Source: an uncultured Desulfospira sp. (GTDB lineage Bacteria > Desulfobacterota > Desulfobacteria > Desulfobacterales > Desulfobacteraceae). Taken from it: DNA of 64,000 nt. Position 1 is the first letter of the stretch, and each line of letters begins with the position of its first letter. The stretch spans positions 3,584,001 through 3,648,000 of the forward strand of contig OY760175.1 in NCBI GenBank assembly GCA_963663165.1, read 5' to 3'. Positions 10,422 to 20,631 of the stretch are shown here, one piece after another. Below the pieces are notes generated by a model, which searched no databases, was not told where the DNA came from, and saw only the letters and a list, made by a program, of their open reading frames with translations. Position numbers and translations under genes: made by a program.

Positions 10422-11329
10422 CTCACCTGTTTTCAAAGAAAAAAACAGCATATGCCGATAAAAGCCCCTGGCTTCTTATCTGGGATGATTTTTCCGACAG
10501 CCGGGTAGCGGTGATTTCCCTGGCTGTTTTAGGCATTATTCTGTTACTGGCCCTGGCAGCGCCCTGGCTCTCCATGCAGAATCCTTACGATCTTGCTCAG
10601 ATCAGCATCATGGACTCACGACTTGCACCGGGTGAAACCAGTATGGAGGGGACCACCTTCTGGCTGGGCACCGATGACCAGGGCCGGGATATGGTAAGCG
10701 CCATTTTTTACGGGCTTCGCATCAGCCTCTGGGTGGGTATTGCCTCGGGTGTAATCGCCTTTTTTACCGGGACCTTTATCGGGCTTTTGGGTACCTATGC
10801 CGGCGGGTGGATTGATGCGCTGATTATGCGTGCCGTGGATATCCAGCTGGGATTCCCTCCCATTTTGATATCGCTGATTCTTCTGGCGCTTCTGGGCCGG
10901 GGTACGGACAAGGTTCTGCTGGCCCTGGTGTTGAGCCAGTGGACCTTTTATGCCCGTACCGTGCGAGCCACAGCTCTTGTGGAGCGCCAGAAAGAATACA
11001 TGGAAGCGGCCCGTGGAATGAAGATGCCGGCGGCTGTAATCTTGATGCGCCATCTGATGCCCAACTGTCTGCCTCCGTTGATCGTGGTCTCCACGGTGAA
11101 TGTCGCCAATGCCATCCAGCTGGAGGCCACGCTCTCTTTTCTCGGGGTGGGGCTTCCTGTGACCCAGCCCTCCCTGGGACTGCTCATAGCCAATGGCTTT
11201 CAGTATATCTTAAGCGGCCAGTACTGGATCAGTGTTTATCCGGGTATAGCGCTGCTCATTACTGTGGCCAGTATCAACCTTGTGGCAGACCGTTTGCGTG
11301 ACATACTGGATCCGAGGAATAAAAGATGA
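10418..11329 (+). CDS. dppC: ABC peptide permease, DppC-like
   Basis: LGTDDQGRD, EYMEAA, RHLMPN, LSFLGVG. Confidence 0.88.
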   Translation: MTHLFSKKKTAYADKSPWLLIWDDFSDSRVAVISLAVLGIILLLALAAPWLSMQNPYDLAQISIMDSRLAPGETSMEGTTFWLGTDDQGRDMVSAIFYGLRISLWVGIASGVIAFFTGTFIGLLGTYAGGWIDALIMRAVDIQLGFPPILISLILLALLGRGTDKVLLALVLSQWTFYARTVRATALVERQKEYMEAARGMKMPAAVILMRHLMPNCLPPLIVVSTVNVANAIQLEATLSFLGVGLPVTQPSLGLLIANGFQYILSGQYWISVYPGIALLITVASINLVADRLRDILDPRNKR

Positions 11330-12312
11330 CCCGCCAGACAGCAGACTTTGAGATCAGGGACCTTTGCACTCATTTTTTTTTGAAGTCCGGCACGGTCAGG
11401 GCAGTGGACGGTGTCAGCTTTAAAGTGGCCCAGGGCGAAGTTTTCGGGCTTGTGGGGGAGTCAGGGTCCGGAAAGACCATAACGGGGCTTTCCATTCTGG
11501 GGCTTGTACCATCTCCGGGAAAAATCGTGTCAGGGTCTGTCCTCCTTAACGGTGTGGATTTAACCCGGATCCCTTCCTCACAATTGCGAAAGGTCAGGGG
11601 CCGGGATATGTCCATGATTTTTCAGGATGCCATGACAGCGCTCAATCCGGTGCTGCGGGTCGACACCCAGATGGTTGAAGCCATTCAAAACCGAGACAGA
11701 ATTTCTAAAAAAGAGGCGTTGAAACAGGCGGTTAACGCCCTGGAGCGCGTTGGAATCCCGGCCCCTGAGAAGCGTCTTAAATCTTATCCCCACCAGTTTT
11801 CCGGCGGGATGAGACAACGGCTGTGCATCGCCATTGCCATGATCAACCACCCTAAACTTGTGATTGCAGATGAACCCACCACGGCCCTGGATGTTACCAT
11901 CCAGTCCCAGATCCTGCACCAGATCCAAAAGCTTTGCCGGGATCAGGGCAGCAGTGTGATCTGGATCTCCCACGATCTGGCGGTGGTGGCAGGCCTGGCA
12001 GATCAGATCGGGGTGATGTATGCCGGAAAAATTGTGGAGATGGGTCCCGCTGACACGGTGCTGGACAGAAGCCTTCACCCCTATACAGCCGGCCTGATCA
12101 ATTCAGTGCCAAGCGGTGCCAGGCGCGGGCAGCCCCTGGAACAGATTCCGGGAAGCGCGCCCTCCCTTGCCAACCTGCCTGAAGGGTGCGCTTTTAAGGA
12201 GCGCTGCAGCCGGGCAGGAGATCTTTGCAAAAAGACGGTTCCCATGAGGTCCATGGGGGGGAACCACTGGGTGCGGTGTCACTATCCCGGCAATGAAAGG
12301 CAGATCCCATGA
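11326..12312 (+). CDS. dppD: ABC peptide ATPase, DppD-like
   Basis: GESGSGKT, YPHQFSGGMRQR, DEPTTALD, HPYT and C-terminal Cys motif. Confidence 0.9.
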   Translation: MTRQTADFEIRDLCTHFFLKSGTVRAVDGVSFKVAQGEVFGLVGESGSGKTITGLSILGLVPSPGKIVSGSVLLNGVDLTRIPSSQLRKVRGRDMSMIFQDAMTALNPVLRVDTQMVEAIQNRDRISKKEALKQAVNALERVGIPAPEKRLKSYPHQFSGGMRQRLCIAIAMINHPKLVIADEPTTALDVTIQSQILHQIQKLCRDQGSSVIWISHDLAVVAGLADQIGVMYAGKIVEMGPADTVLDRSLHPYTAGLINSVPSGARRGQPLEQIPGSAPSLANLPEGCAFKERCSRAGDLCKKTVPMRSMGGNHWVRCHYPGNERQIP

Positions 12313-13316
12313 CACAGAACCCTGAATCCAGTGCCCTGATGCAGATCCGGCATGTGAGCAAAACATTTACCAAAGAGCCGGACATCATTGCCCGCATGTT
12401 TCAGAAAGCCACAGGCCGGAATTATGAAACGTCGGTCCATGCCGTGGATGATGTCTGCCTTGATATTCTGCCCGGCGAAGTGGTGGGCCTTGCCGGGGAG
12501 TCAGGCTGCGGCAAATCCACTCTGGGCCGTATTACAGCCGGGCTTTTGCCCCCCACCAGCGGTCAGGTTCTGTTAAACAATGAAACGCTTTGCGGTCAAA
12601 AAACCGGGAAGAGGGAACATCAGGGCCTGCAGGTCCAGATGATTTTCCAAAATCCATTTGCCTCTTTAAACCCCAGGATGCGCATCCGGCAAATTATTGG
12701 AGAAGCCCCTTTATACCACGGTATTGTCACCAAAAAAGAGCTGGACGGCTACCTGGATTATCTCATGGCCCAGTGCGGGCTGGATCCCTCTTATAAACAC
12801 AGGTTTCCCCATCAATTCTCCGGGGGGCAGCGCCAGCGTATTGCGATCTGCAGGGCTCTGGCCGTTAAGCCGGCTTTTGTTGTATGCGATGAGATGGTTT
12901 CAGCCCTGGACGCCTCCATACAGGCCCAGATTATCAATTTGTTTAATGAGCTGAAACAGGAACTGAATCTTACCAGCCTTTTTATCAGCCATGACATGGG
13001 TATCGTGGAGCATATCAGCGACAGGGTGGTGATCATGTATCTGGGCCGCATTGTCGAGGCCGCCGGAACCCAAGTGTTATTCAATACCCCGGGACATCCA
13101 TATACCCGAACCCTGATTGATCAGGTTCCCCGGCTGGACCGGCGGCATTTTGATTTTCAGCCGGTGGCAGGTGAGATCCCATCTCCCTTGTCACCGCCTC
13201 CGGGGTGTCATTTCCACCCCCGGTGTTCAAAACGCCGCTCAAAATGTGCCCGGCACCGACCGGAACTCAGGCAGATCTCTTCCGGCCACTGGGTGGCCTG
13301 TCATCTGTTCGACTGA
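12309..13316 (+). CDS. dppF: ABC peptide ATPase, DppF-like
   Basis: [27 protein letters not shown]. Confidence 0.9.
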   Translation: MTQNPESSALMQIRHVSKTFTKEPDIIARMFQKATGRNYETSVHAVDDVCLDILPGEVVGLAGESGCGKSTLGRITAGLLPPTSGQVLLNNETLCGQKTGKREHQGLQVQMIFQNPFASLNPRMRIRQIIGEAPLYHGIVTKKELDGYLDYLMAQCGLDPSYKHRFPHQFSGGQRQRIAICRALAVKPAFVVCDEMVSALDASIQAQIINLFNELKQELNLTSLFISHDMGIVEHISDRVVIMYLGRIVEAAGTQVLFNTPGHPYTRTLIDQVPRLDRRHFDFQPVAGEIPSPLSPPPGCHFHPRCSKRRSKCARHRPELRQISSGHWVACHLFD

Positions 13317-13381
13317 ATCAAACGGCAGCAACTGGAACAGACCTTAATTTCAAATATCATTTATCTTGTGGATACATTGAC

Positions 13382-14650
13382 ATGGAATCTCTTGAAAAAA
13401 AGAAAATTGCCATCACCGGCGGCACATTAATCGACGGCACCGGCGGTGATCCTTTGCCCGATTGTAATATCACCATTGAAGCTGGCTTGATCAAAACCAT
13501 TGGACCGGATCCTGCACCCGGCGATCTATCGGGATATGAGTGCTATGATGCCCGGGGGAAAACGGTGATGCCCGGTCTTATCGATGCGCACACTCACTTA
13601 TGGGGCGTTACTTCCCTTGACACATTGACCTGGACTTTGGATCATCCATGCCTGCGCACTGCCCGGGCCAGCATGGATGTCTGGCGGCTTTTGGACAGCG
13701 GCTTTACCACGGTGCGAGATCCCGGTACTTATATCAGCATATTTCTCAGGGATGCTGTGAACGAAGGGGCTTTGCCCGGCCCCCGGATTCTCTCCGCCGG
13801 AAAGGTGATCACCCAGACCGGAGGCCACGGGGATCCCACCCATAATTTGCCCCAGTCCTGGGTGGAGGAACGGAGTATATGCCGGGTGGCCGACGGGGCC
13901 GACGACTGCCGAAGGGCTGTCAGAGAGCAGATCCGGGAAGGGGCGGATATGATCAAGATCATGACCACGGGCGGTGTCCTGTCTGACCGTGATAACCCGA
14001 AGTTTACCCAGTTCTGCCTGGAGGAGATCCAGGCCATCACCGAAGAGGCCCATGCCCGGGGTTACCTTGTGGCAAGCCACGCCCAGGGCACCAAAGGGAT
14101 AAAAAATGCCCTTCGGGGCGGGGTGGATACCATTGAACACGGTAACGGTCTGGATAACGAAGCCATAACGCTGATGCTTGATACCGGCGCTTTTTTGATT
14201 CCAACCCTGGCCGTGTTCCAGGCGCTGCTTGACGGCGGGCCGCACTGCGGGGTCAAGCCCCGGCACCTTTCAAAGGTGGAAGCCATCAAAGAAATCCACC
14301 AGAAAGCCTTTTTTACGGCCTGGAAAGCCGGGGTGAAGATCGGGCTTGGTACGGACTATCTTTTAACCCCCCAGGTTACAGGAACGGTTATGGGCAGCCA
14401 TGCAAAGGAGTTGGCGCTCTATGTCGAAGCCGGATTATCCCCCATGGATGCCTTGGTATGTGCCACCCAAAATAATGCAGCCGCCCTGGGGCTGGAAAAG
14501 ATCACCGGCACATTGGAACCGGGCAAAAGTGCGGATCTGCTCATTGTCGACGGCGATCCCCTTGGTAATATCACGGTGCTCCAGGATCCGGACAGACTGG
14601 TTCATATTTTCAAGGAAGGCTGTGTGGTGCCCAGATTGCCCCGATTATAA
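13382..14650 (+). CDS. Metal-dependent amidohydrolase (Xaa-Pro dipeptidase/carboxypeptidase-like)
   Basis: MPGLIDAHTH, GFTTVRD, GADMIK, HAQG, IEHG, LGTD. Confidence 0.85.
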   Translation: MESLEKKKIAITGGTLIDGTGGDPLPDCNITIEAGLIKTIGPDPAPGDLSGYECYDARGKTVMPGLIDAHTHLWGVTSLDTLTWTLDHPCLRTARASMDVWRLLDSGFTTVRDPGTYISIFLRDAVNEGALPGPRILSAGKVITQTGGHGDPTHNLPQSWVEERSICRVADGADDCRRAVREQIREGADMIKIMTTGGVLSDRDNPKFTQFCLEEIQAITEEAHARGYLVASHAQGTKGIKNALRGGVDTIEHGNGLDNEAITLMLDTGAFLIPTLAVFQALLDGGPHCGVKPRHLSKVEAIKEIHQKAFFTAWKAGVKIGLGTDYLLTPQVTGTVMGSHAKELALYVEAGLSPMDALVCATQNNAAALGLEKITGTLEPGKSADLLIVDGDPLGNITVLQDPDRLVHIFKEGCVVPRLPRL

Positions 14651-14695
14651 TATCATTTCTATGGGGCTATTGTCGTTAACCCGGGTTAGACTATT

Positions 14696-14844
14696 TAGTG
14701 TTTGAACGAAAAGTCGCCCATCTGCTGCGTTGCAAAAAAATTTGCAATCCTCACAACCCCTATGGTTGCTCCGGTTGCAAATTTTTTTTGCGCCTTGCAT
14801 CTGGGCAACTTTTCGCCCAAACACGGGTTTTCGTTCAGACACTA
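14696..14844. repeat. MITE-like repeat, family B (copy 1)
   Basis: Terminal inverted repeats tagtgtttgaacgaaaa / ttttcgttcagacacta; inverted copies at 61522..61668 and 17731..17790. Confidence 0.75.
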
Positions 14845-14888
14845 TTTAATCAGCAGGCTTTGAATGGTTGGCTGAAATTTATTTTTGA

Positions 14889-15854
14889 TCAGCGGCGAAC
14901 CAGTTGTTTCAGATAGCCAATAACGCTGTCCCGGTCTTCAAGACCCGGTGCCCCCGCTGCCCTGGTGGTGGCAAAATCGTTATTGATATTGTTGATTACA
15001 TTCGCATTGGTTGTGGCAAATCCCACAAACCTACCGGTGCCCGAGTCATTTGGAACCGAACCGTGGGGTGGAATATAGGTCATCAGCAGCCGGTCTGTCC
15101 GGGTTTTGTCCGTTTGGCCTTTTTTCAGTACAATCATGAAGGTTGGGCAGTCCCGGGTGATATGGACCCGGGCATTTTCACAATTTTCCAGGCATTGGAT
15201 CAGGTTTTCCACATGTTGTTTGCGCCACTGTTTTTCCATGGGATCCGTGCATTCCAGTACATAGGTTTCAAGGCAGTCCCGGCAGATATATTGAATCACT
15301 CTGGCGTGTTTGAGATTTTGCATTAAAAAGTGATTCCGTTCCAGATTGATCGCCTCCAGCAGATCCGCCGCGATGGGGTGGTTTCCCAGTGCGTGACGTT
15401 CGCTGTAGCTTGCATGGCCTTTGGCCCGCAGGGAGTGGGTGGGGCGTGAGGAGATGATATGCAGATCTCCCGGGATCCGTTCAGCTGAAAGCATCATCAG
15501 GTCCAGCCGGAAGCGGTCCCGCAAAGGAATCATGGCCGAAGAAAATTTCACCTTCTTTGAGATGTCAACGATTATGGGAATATCATTGGGTGACAAAAAT
15601 GCCTGGTCAAAGATATTCAGTAACTCATCGATTTTTTCCAGTGTCAGGTTGAACGCAATGGAAAGCGCCAGGGTTTTGCCCCTTGAAACATTGACAATAT
15701 TTCCAAGTTCAAGATCCCGGATATAAGTATTCGAAAGGCCTGAAATTCCGGCAATCTGATTTCGGGGCATTTGGCTGCTTTCCAGAAGAACCTTTATTTT
15801 ATCCGAACGTAGTTTCAATATCTGATTAATTTTTTCTTCAGATGTCATCTTCAA
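14889..15854 (-). CDS. XRE-family HTH protein with an uncharacterised C-terminal domain
   Basis: N-terminal RNQIAGISGLSNTYIRDLELG helix-turn-helix. Confidence 0.7.
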   Translation of the reverse strand: MKMTSEEKINQILKLRSDKIKVLLESSQMPRNQIAGISGLSNTYIRDLELGNIVNVSRGKTLALSIAFNLTLEKIDELLNIFDQAFLSPNDIPIIVDISKKVKFSSAMIPLRDRFRLDLMMLSAERIPGDLHIISSRPTHSLRAKGHASYSERHALGNHPIAADLLEAINLERNHFLMQNLKHARVIQYICRDCLETYVLECTDPMEKQWRKQHVENLIQCLENCENARVHITRDCPTFMIVLKKGQTDKTRTDRLLMTYIPPHGSVPNDSGTGRFVGFATTNANVINNINNDFATTRAAGAPGLEDRDSVIGYLKQLVRR

Positions 15855-16009
15855 TCATCTTTCAAACATGTTATCCGGCTTTCTTGACCTCTGGCAAAGA
15901 AATATACCGTTGATTTTTCCAGGAAAAACTGGGCAAAATTAACAAAAATATTAAGCCTTGTAAATATGTTCAATTTTCCTGAAGCCACCGTTCTAATCAT
16001 CCTTTTTCT

Positions 16010-16408
16010 GTAACTGTTCATCAGTGCTTCATAGTTGTTTTTATATGAAAGTCTCACTAACATCCTGCGAAGACTTTCATTTTTTGTTGTGGACGATTCT
16101 TGGTTGGATAATCCAAGCCGTCCGTGACGGTTATATGAAAGTCTCACTAACGTCCTGAGAAGACTTTCATTATTCGTTGTGGGCGGTTCTTGGTTGGATA
16201 ACCAAGGCGGCCCGTGGCCGTTTATATGAAAGAATCTGCAAACTGCTGTAATTCTTTCATGCTTTGTTGTGGGCCGAACCGGATTAACAATCCAATCGGC
16301 CCGGTTTCTTCCCTTTAGGGTATGGCCGTTAGTCAGGACTTCGTAGCATACTTTTGCTATGTGAGAAGGCCTTAAATGAGCGAAGATGGGGCACTGCTGA
16401 ACAGTTAC
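16010..16408. mobile_element. MITE-like element, family A, containing tandem family D repeats
   Basis: Terminal inverted repeats gtaactgttcatcagtgc / gcactgctgaacagttac; no transposase. Confidence 0.65.
16041..16231. repeat. Tandem ~90 bp palindrome-containing repeat, family D (2 units plus the start of a third)
   Basis: ttatatgaaagtctcactaa..agactttcat..tggttggata at 16041 and 16131; inverted relatives at 37940..38040 and 44612..44650. Confidence 0.8.
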
Positions 16409-16627
16409 AAAAAAATTGAGTTTCACACGAATTACTCATGATTCGCGAACAATCAACGCATATTGAAGTGATAAATGAACCTTTGGGCATCAAGGTTGTA
16501 AGAATGTCCCGGGTGTCCCCCGGATTATGGGTTAAAAAATGGTCCAAATACAAGGCGGGCCAAAAGACAAGCAAGATGCATTATTTATTTTTGTGCAATG
16601 CCTTAAGGCCTGAATGAAAGGTAAAAA

Positions 16628-17776
16628 GTGAAAATACTTGTTTTCAGTTCATACAAAAGTGCCTGGAACAGTGTTCGCCCGGAAGCTGAAATTTTTATTG
16701 AAATCGCTAAATTGGGGCATAGTGTCTGTATTGCAACCCAGGCTGATTCAGAATATGTAAACCGTTTTATGGAACATAATATTCGGATTATCGATTGCTA
16801 CCCTGAACACAAAATCTGTTTTAAAACGATCAGGCAACTGCGCCGGGAACTTACGCAGGGGGACTATGATATCTGCTATGCCACAAATTCAAGGACCATC
16901 CCCAATGCCGCTTTTGCCTGTATGGGAAAACCGGTCAAACTGGTTGGGTACCGGGGAACAACCAAGGGATTGTACCGGCATGACCCGTCTTCTTATTTAA
17001 CGCTTTTACACCCACGCATAGATGCTGTAAGTTGCCAGGCCGAAGCCGTTAGAAAACACGTTTTAAAAAAGGTCTGGAAGGGCAAAAAGAATGTTGTCAC
17101 CATTCACAAAGGCCAGGAACCCGGCTGGTTTAATAACGAAAAAGCCGACTTAAGTGAATTCGGCATTGATTCAGATGCCTTTGTTGTAACTTGTGTGGCA
17201 AATGCACGCCCCAGTAAAGGAATAGGCGTTCTCATTGAAAGTACAAAATATCTGGCACAAGCCGATAACCTGCATTTGCTTCTGGTGGGCCGCGACATTG
17301 ACCGGGAACCTTATTTGAGCGCCGTTAAAACAAGCCCGATGAGCCAGCGTATACATATTACGGGATATCGATCAAATGCCCCGGCTTTCATTGCATCTTC
17401 AACTGTGTGTGTACAACCTTCAATCAGGGGGGAGGGTTTATCCAAAACAGTGCCCGAAGCCATGGCCCAGTCAGTTCCCAGCATCGTAACAACAGCCGGG
17501 GGATTGTCCGAGTTGATTGATGAGGCAAAAACCGGTTTTGTAGTACCAGCCGGAGACCCCCAAGCAATTGCCCAAAAGATATTGAAACTTTACCACAATA
17601 AAGCTCTGGCCCCCAAAATGGGAAAGGCCGCCCTTTTACATTTGAAAAAAAATTTCAGTTTAAAAAATAATGTTCAAGGGCATCTGGACCTTTTCAATTC
17701 TTTGCTTTCGGGTGAAAAAGGCCCCGAATACGGTTGTGAGGATTGCCGTTTTTTCTGCAGCGCAGCAGATGGATGA
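16628..17776 (+). CDS. Glycosyltransferase family 4 (GT-B)
   Basis: ANARPSKG, PSIRGEGLSKTVPEAMA (EX7E), GGLSELI. Confidence 0.88.
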   Translation: MKILVFSSYKSAWNSVRPEAEIFIEIAKLGHSVCIATQADSEYVNRFMEHNIRIIDCYPEHKICFKTIRQLRRELTQGDYDICYATNSRTIPNAAFACMGKPVKLVGYRGTTKGLYRHDPSSYLTLLHPRIDAVSCQAEAVRKHVLKKVWKGKKNVVTIHKGQEPGWFNNEKADLSEFGIDSDAFVVTCVANARPSKGIGVLIESTKYLAQADNLHLLLVGRDIDREPYLSAVKTSPMSQRIHITGYRSNAPAFIASSTVCVQPSIRGEGLSKTVPEAMAQSVPSIVTTAGGLSELIDEAKTGFVVPAGDPQAIAQKILKLYHNKALAPKMGKAALLHLKKNFSLKNNVQGHLDLFNSLLSGEKGPEYGCEDCRFFCSAADG

Positions 17777-17790
17777 TCTTTCGTTCAACC
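17731..17790. repeat. Partial family B repeat overlapping the GT4 3' end
   Basis: ggttgtgaggattgc...gcagcagatgg matches the 61607..61646 region. Confidence 0.7.
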
Positions 17791-17794
17791 GGAT

Positions 17795-20242
17795 TTATAG
17801 CTCAATGGTCAGTTCTATCTCATGGGAGGCCCCATCTCTTTTCATGGCAAATCCCAGCTTCTTTCCCAAGGCAATCATCTGTTTGTTTTCAGACAGAACC
17901 AGGCCAAACACCTTTTTGAGGTTATATTTTTTGGCTGCCACCAGGCACTGCTGGAGCAGGGCTGCCCCGATCCCCTTGCCCTGGGAATGGTCGGCAAGGA
18001 CAATGGCAAATTCACCGGACTGCCGGTCCGGCAAAAAAATAATCCGGGCCATGCCCACCATGGTTTTCCCTTCATCCATGACAGCGGCTAAAGCCACCTC
18101 CCGGTCATAATCCACCTGGGTGAATTTGATGAGCATCTGGTTGGAGAGCCGTTTAATGGGGGAAAAAAAGCGCAGATAAATTGTCTGTGGCGAAAGGGCG
18201 GAAAACAGCTCAATTACGTTAGAGCCGTCTTCGGGCCGGATGGGCCGGACCAGAAAAGCTTTACCGTCTGTGGTCCGGCACCGGGCTTCCTGCCATGCCG
18301 GATAGGAGGAAATAATCAAATGGTCAGGGGACGCATTGTCCGAGGGGGCAATCACCACCCTGGCGTCCATCCCGACAAGCTCTCCCTGCCGGACTTTGAC
18401 CGGGTTGACCTCAATCTCCCGGATCTGGGGGAAATCGGTCACCAGGCGGGACAGGCGGATCAAAATCTCCCGGGGCAGTTCCGGATCCACCGGCGTCATA
18501 TTTTCAAACCCGTCAAGGGCCTTGGCCACCTTGGTGTCCCGGATGATCTGATCGGCCAGGGCATGGTTTAAGGGGGGCAGTCCCATGGCAAGATCCCTGT
18601 AAATTTTTGTCATGGCCCCTCCGGTGCCGAACCCCAGTACCGGTCCGAATTTCTCATCTTTCCTGGCCTCAAAAACCAGGTTAACACCGGCTGGTTCCAG
18701 GGTCCGGGAAAGTTCAGTCCGGTTTACCGGAATCCCGTAGGCAGCCAGCAGGTCTGCGGCCTTGATTGGGGTCAACAGAGTGGGACCGCTGCCGAGGCTG
18801 CCTTGAATAATCTGTTCGGCCGATGCCCGGTCAATGGCCAGGCGGATGTCCTTTCTGACAGGGATCTCATGGAGCCGTTCCACATTTTTGCCGTATTGGA
18901 AAAGGTTGGCAAAGGCCTGGACTGCCCGCTCCGCCGTTTGATAAGCTGCGATCCCGGCCTTGTTGAAAATGACCCTGGCCCGTTCAGTACCGGCCCCGCC
19001 GATCCAGGCGGTCAGCACGGGCATCTGGAGGGTTTTCAGATAATCGGCCAGAGACCTGGCCAGGGCAGCCGGGTCAAGGGTTCCCACAGGGGCACAGATC
19101 AAAAGAACCCCATCCACATCAGGGGCATTACAGCAGGTTCGCACCGCCCGGATATATTGCTCCAGGCTGGCGTCCCCCAGGACATCCACGGGATTTGCCC
19201 TGCTCCAGTTCGGGTTCAGATGCCCATCCAGTTCCTCAATGGTCTGATCTGAAAAGCTGGCCGGTTCAAGACCATAATCGGCCAGCCGGTCCACGGCCAG
19301 GACCCCGTGAGCGCCTGCATTGGTGATGATGGCCAGCCGGCTTCCCTTGGGTTTGCTCTGTTTGGCCAAAAAAGAAACACAGTCAAACAATTCTTCGAAA
19401 TCATCCACCCTTAGGATTCCGGCCCGCTTGAAGGCGGTGTCATAGAGCGCGTCCTCACCGGCCATGGCCCCGATGTGGGAAGCTGCCGCCCGTTCTCCTG
19501 CCGGGCACCGGCCGGCTTTAAGCGCCACAATGGGCTTCACCCTGGATACGGCCCTGGCAGCACTCATGAAATTGCGGATATGGGGAATGCTTTCAATGTA
19601 CAGGGCAATGCTGTCCACCCCCTGTTGGCTGCCGAGAAAATCGATCATGTCGGCAAAATCCACATCCAGCATGGATCCCAGATCTACAAAATGGCTGAAC
19701 CCTAAATTTTCCCTCATGGCCATGTCCAGCACACAGGTCAGAACCGATCCGCTCTGGGAAAGAAAGGCGGTTTTCCCGGCAAATGGGAACTGCTGCAATA
19801 AACTGGCATTCAGGTTCTGTTTGGTGTTCACAAGCCCCAGGCTGTTGGGGCCGATAACCCGGATTCCGGTCTTCCGGGCGGCCTTCCATATGGATTCTTC
19901 CATCTGCAGGCCGGCCTTTGAGGTTTCCCGGCCCCCGGATGAAAGCATCACTGCCCCGGCCAGGCCCTTTTGGCCGCAGGATTCAACCAGCGCAGCAACA
20001 CTTTCCATGGGGGTGGTGATCACGGCCATATCAACCGGATCTTCAATGTCCGTGACCTTTGAAAATGCAGGAAGCCCCATGACATCTTTAACCCCCGGGT
20101 TTACCGGGAAAACCTTGCCCTTGAAATTGCCGGTGATCAGGTTATGGATCACGGTTTTTCCCACGCTGCCTTCCGGTTCGCCTGCCCCGATAACAGCAAT
20201 GGAACCGGGATTGAAAACCCTGGATAAATTCATGGTACTCAT
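17795..20242 (-). CDS. Pat/YfiQ-type protein lysine acetyltransferase (acyl-CoA synthetase-like domains plus C-terminal GNAT)
   Basis: SIAVIGA, GPNSLG, SQSG, LKAGR, NPVDVLGDA, then GNAT RPIRPED...EFAIVL...GKGIG. Confidence 0.88.
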   Translation of the reverse strand: MSTMNLSRVFNPGSIAVIGAGEPEGSVGKTVIHNLITGNFKGKVFPVNPGVKDVMGLPAFSKVTDIEDPVDMAVITTPMESVAALVESCGQKGLAGAVMLSSGGRETSKAGLQMEESIWKAARKTGIRVIGPNSLGLVNTKQNLNASLLQQFPFAGKTAFLSQSGSVLTCVLDMAMRENLGFSHFVDLGSMLDVDFADMIDFLGSQQGVDSIALYIESIPHIRNFMSAARAVSRVKPIVALKAGRCPAGERAAASHIGAMAGEDALYDTAFKRAGILRVDDFEELFDCVSFLAKQSKPKGSRLAIITNAGAHGVLAVDRLADYGLEPASFSDQTIEELDGHLNPNWSRANPVDVLGDASLEQYIRAVRTCCNAPDVDGVLLICAPVGTLDPAALARSLADYLKTLQMPVLTAWIGGAGTERARVIFNKAGIAAYQTAERAVQAFANLFQYGKNVERLHEIPVRKDIRLAIDRASAEQIIQGSLGSGPTLLTPIKAADLLAAYGIPVNRTELSRTLEPAGVNLVFEARKDEKFGPVLGFGTGGAMTKIYRDLAMGLPPLNHALADQIIRDTKVAKALDGFENMTPVDPELPREILIRLSRLVTDFPQIREIEVNPVKVRQGELVGMDARVVIAPSDNASPDHLIISSYPAWQEARCRTTDGKAFLVRPIRPEDGSNVIELFSALSPQTIYLRFFSPIKRLSNQMLIKFTQVDYDREVALAAVMDEGKTMVGMARIIFLPDRQSGEFAIVLADHSQGKGIGAALLQQCLVAAKKYNLKKVFGLVLSENKQMIALGKKLGFAMKRDGASHEIELTIEL

Positions 20243-20446
20243 GGCACCCCCTATGATATTCAGTTTCGTACAGTCTGCCGCAAATGAGTTGAACCGATTT
20301 TTCCTGCGCTTGCCCTTAATCTTGCTCTTGCTCAAAGTTATGATATAGAGCAAGAACAGGAGGAAGATTAAGAACGCCACTCAATCCCCATTCATTTGCG
20401 ATGAACTATACCCCCTATTGCCGTATGCCTCCCAACCAATGGATAG

Positions 20447-20462
20447 AGCAAGTTAAATGCCA
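20447..20462 (-). promoter_or_regulatory. Putative sigma-54 (-24/-12) promoter for the Pat gene
   Basis: Minus strand reads TGGCATTTAACTTGCT, with GG-N10-GC spacing. Confidence 0.55.
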
Positions 20463-20631
20463 CAGGAGATAAATAAACCGTTCAAGAAAGACACCAGGAC
20501 AGGGAAACCGGTTTTAAATCAGAAATCGTCAGGATGCTAAGGCCAAATTATTTTTTAATTTGATAAAATAACGTTAAAGGAAAAGCGTCGGCTGTTTTTC
20601 CAGGATGTAAACATAACCGACGCCCAACGGT

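Noticed and set aside
16041..16231. Possible CRISPR array
   Set aside because: The would-be spacers are near-identical to each other, there are only about 2 units, and no cas genes are present
15851..16426. 191 aa ORF with an internal repeat
   Set aside because: It is a translation of the non-coding tandem repeat element
20243..20380. Hydrophobic N-terminal extension of Pat
   Set aside because: Family similarity and a GGGG RBS point to the ATG at 20242
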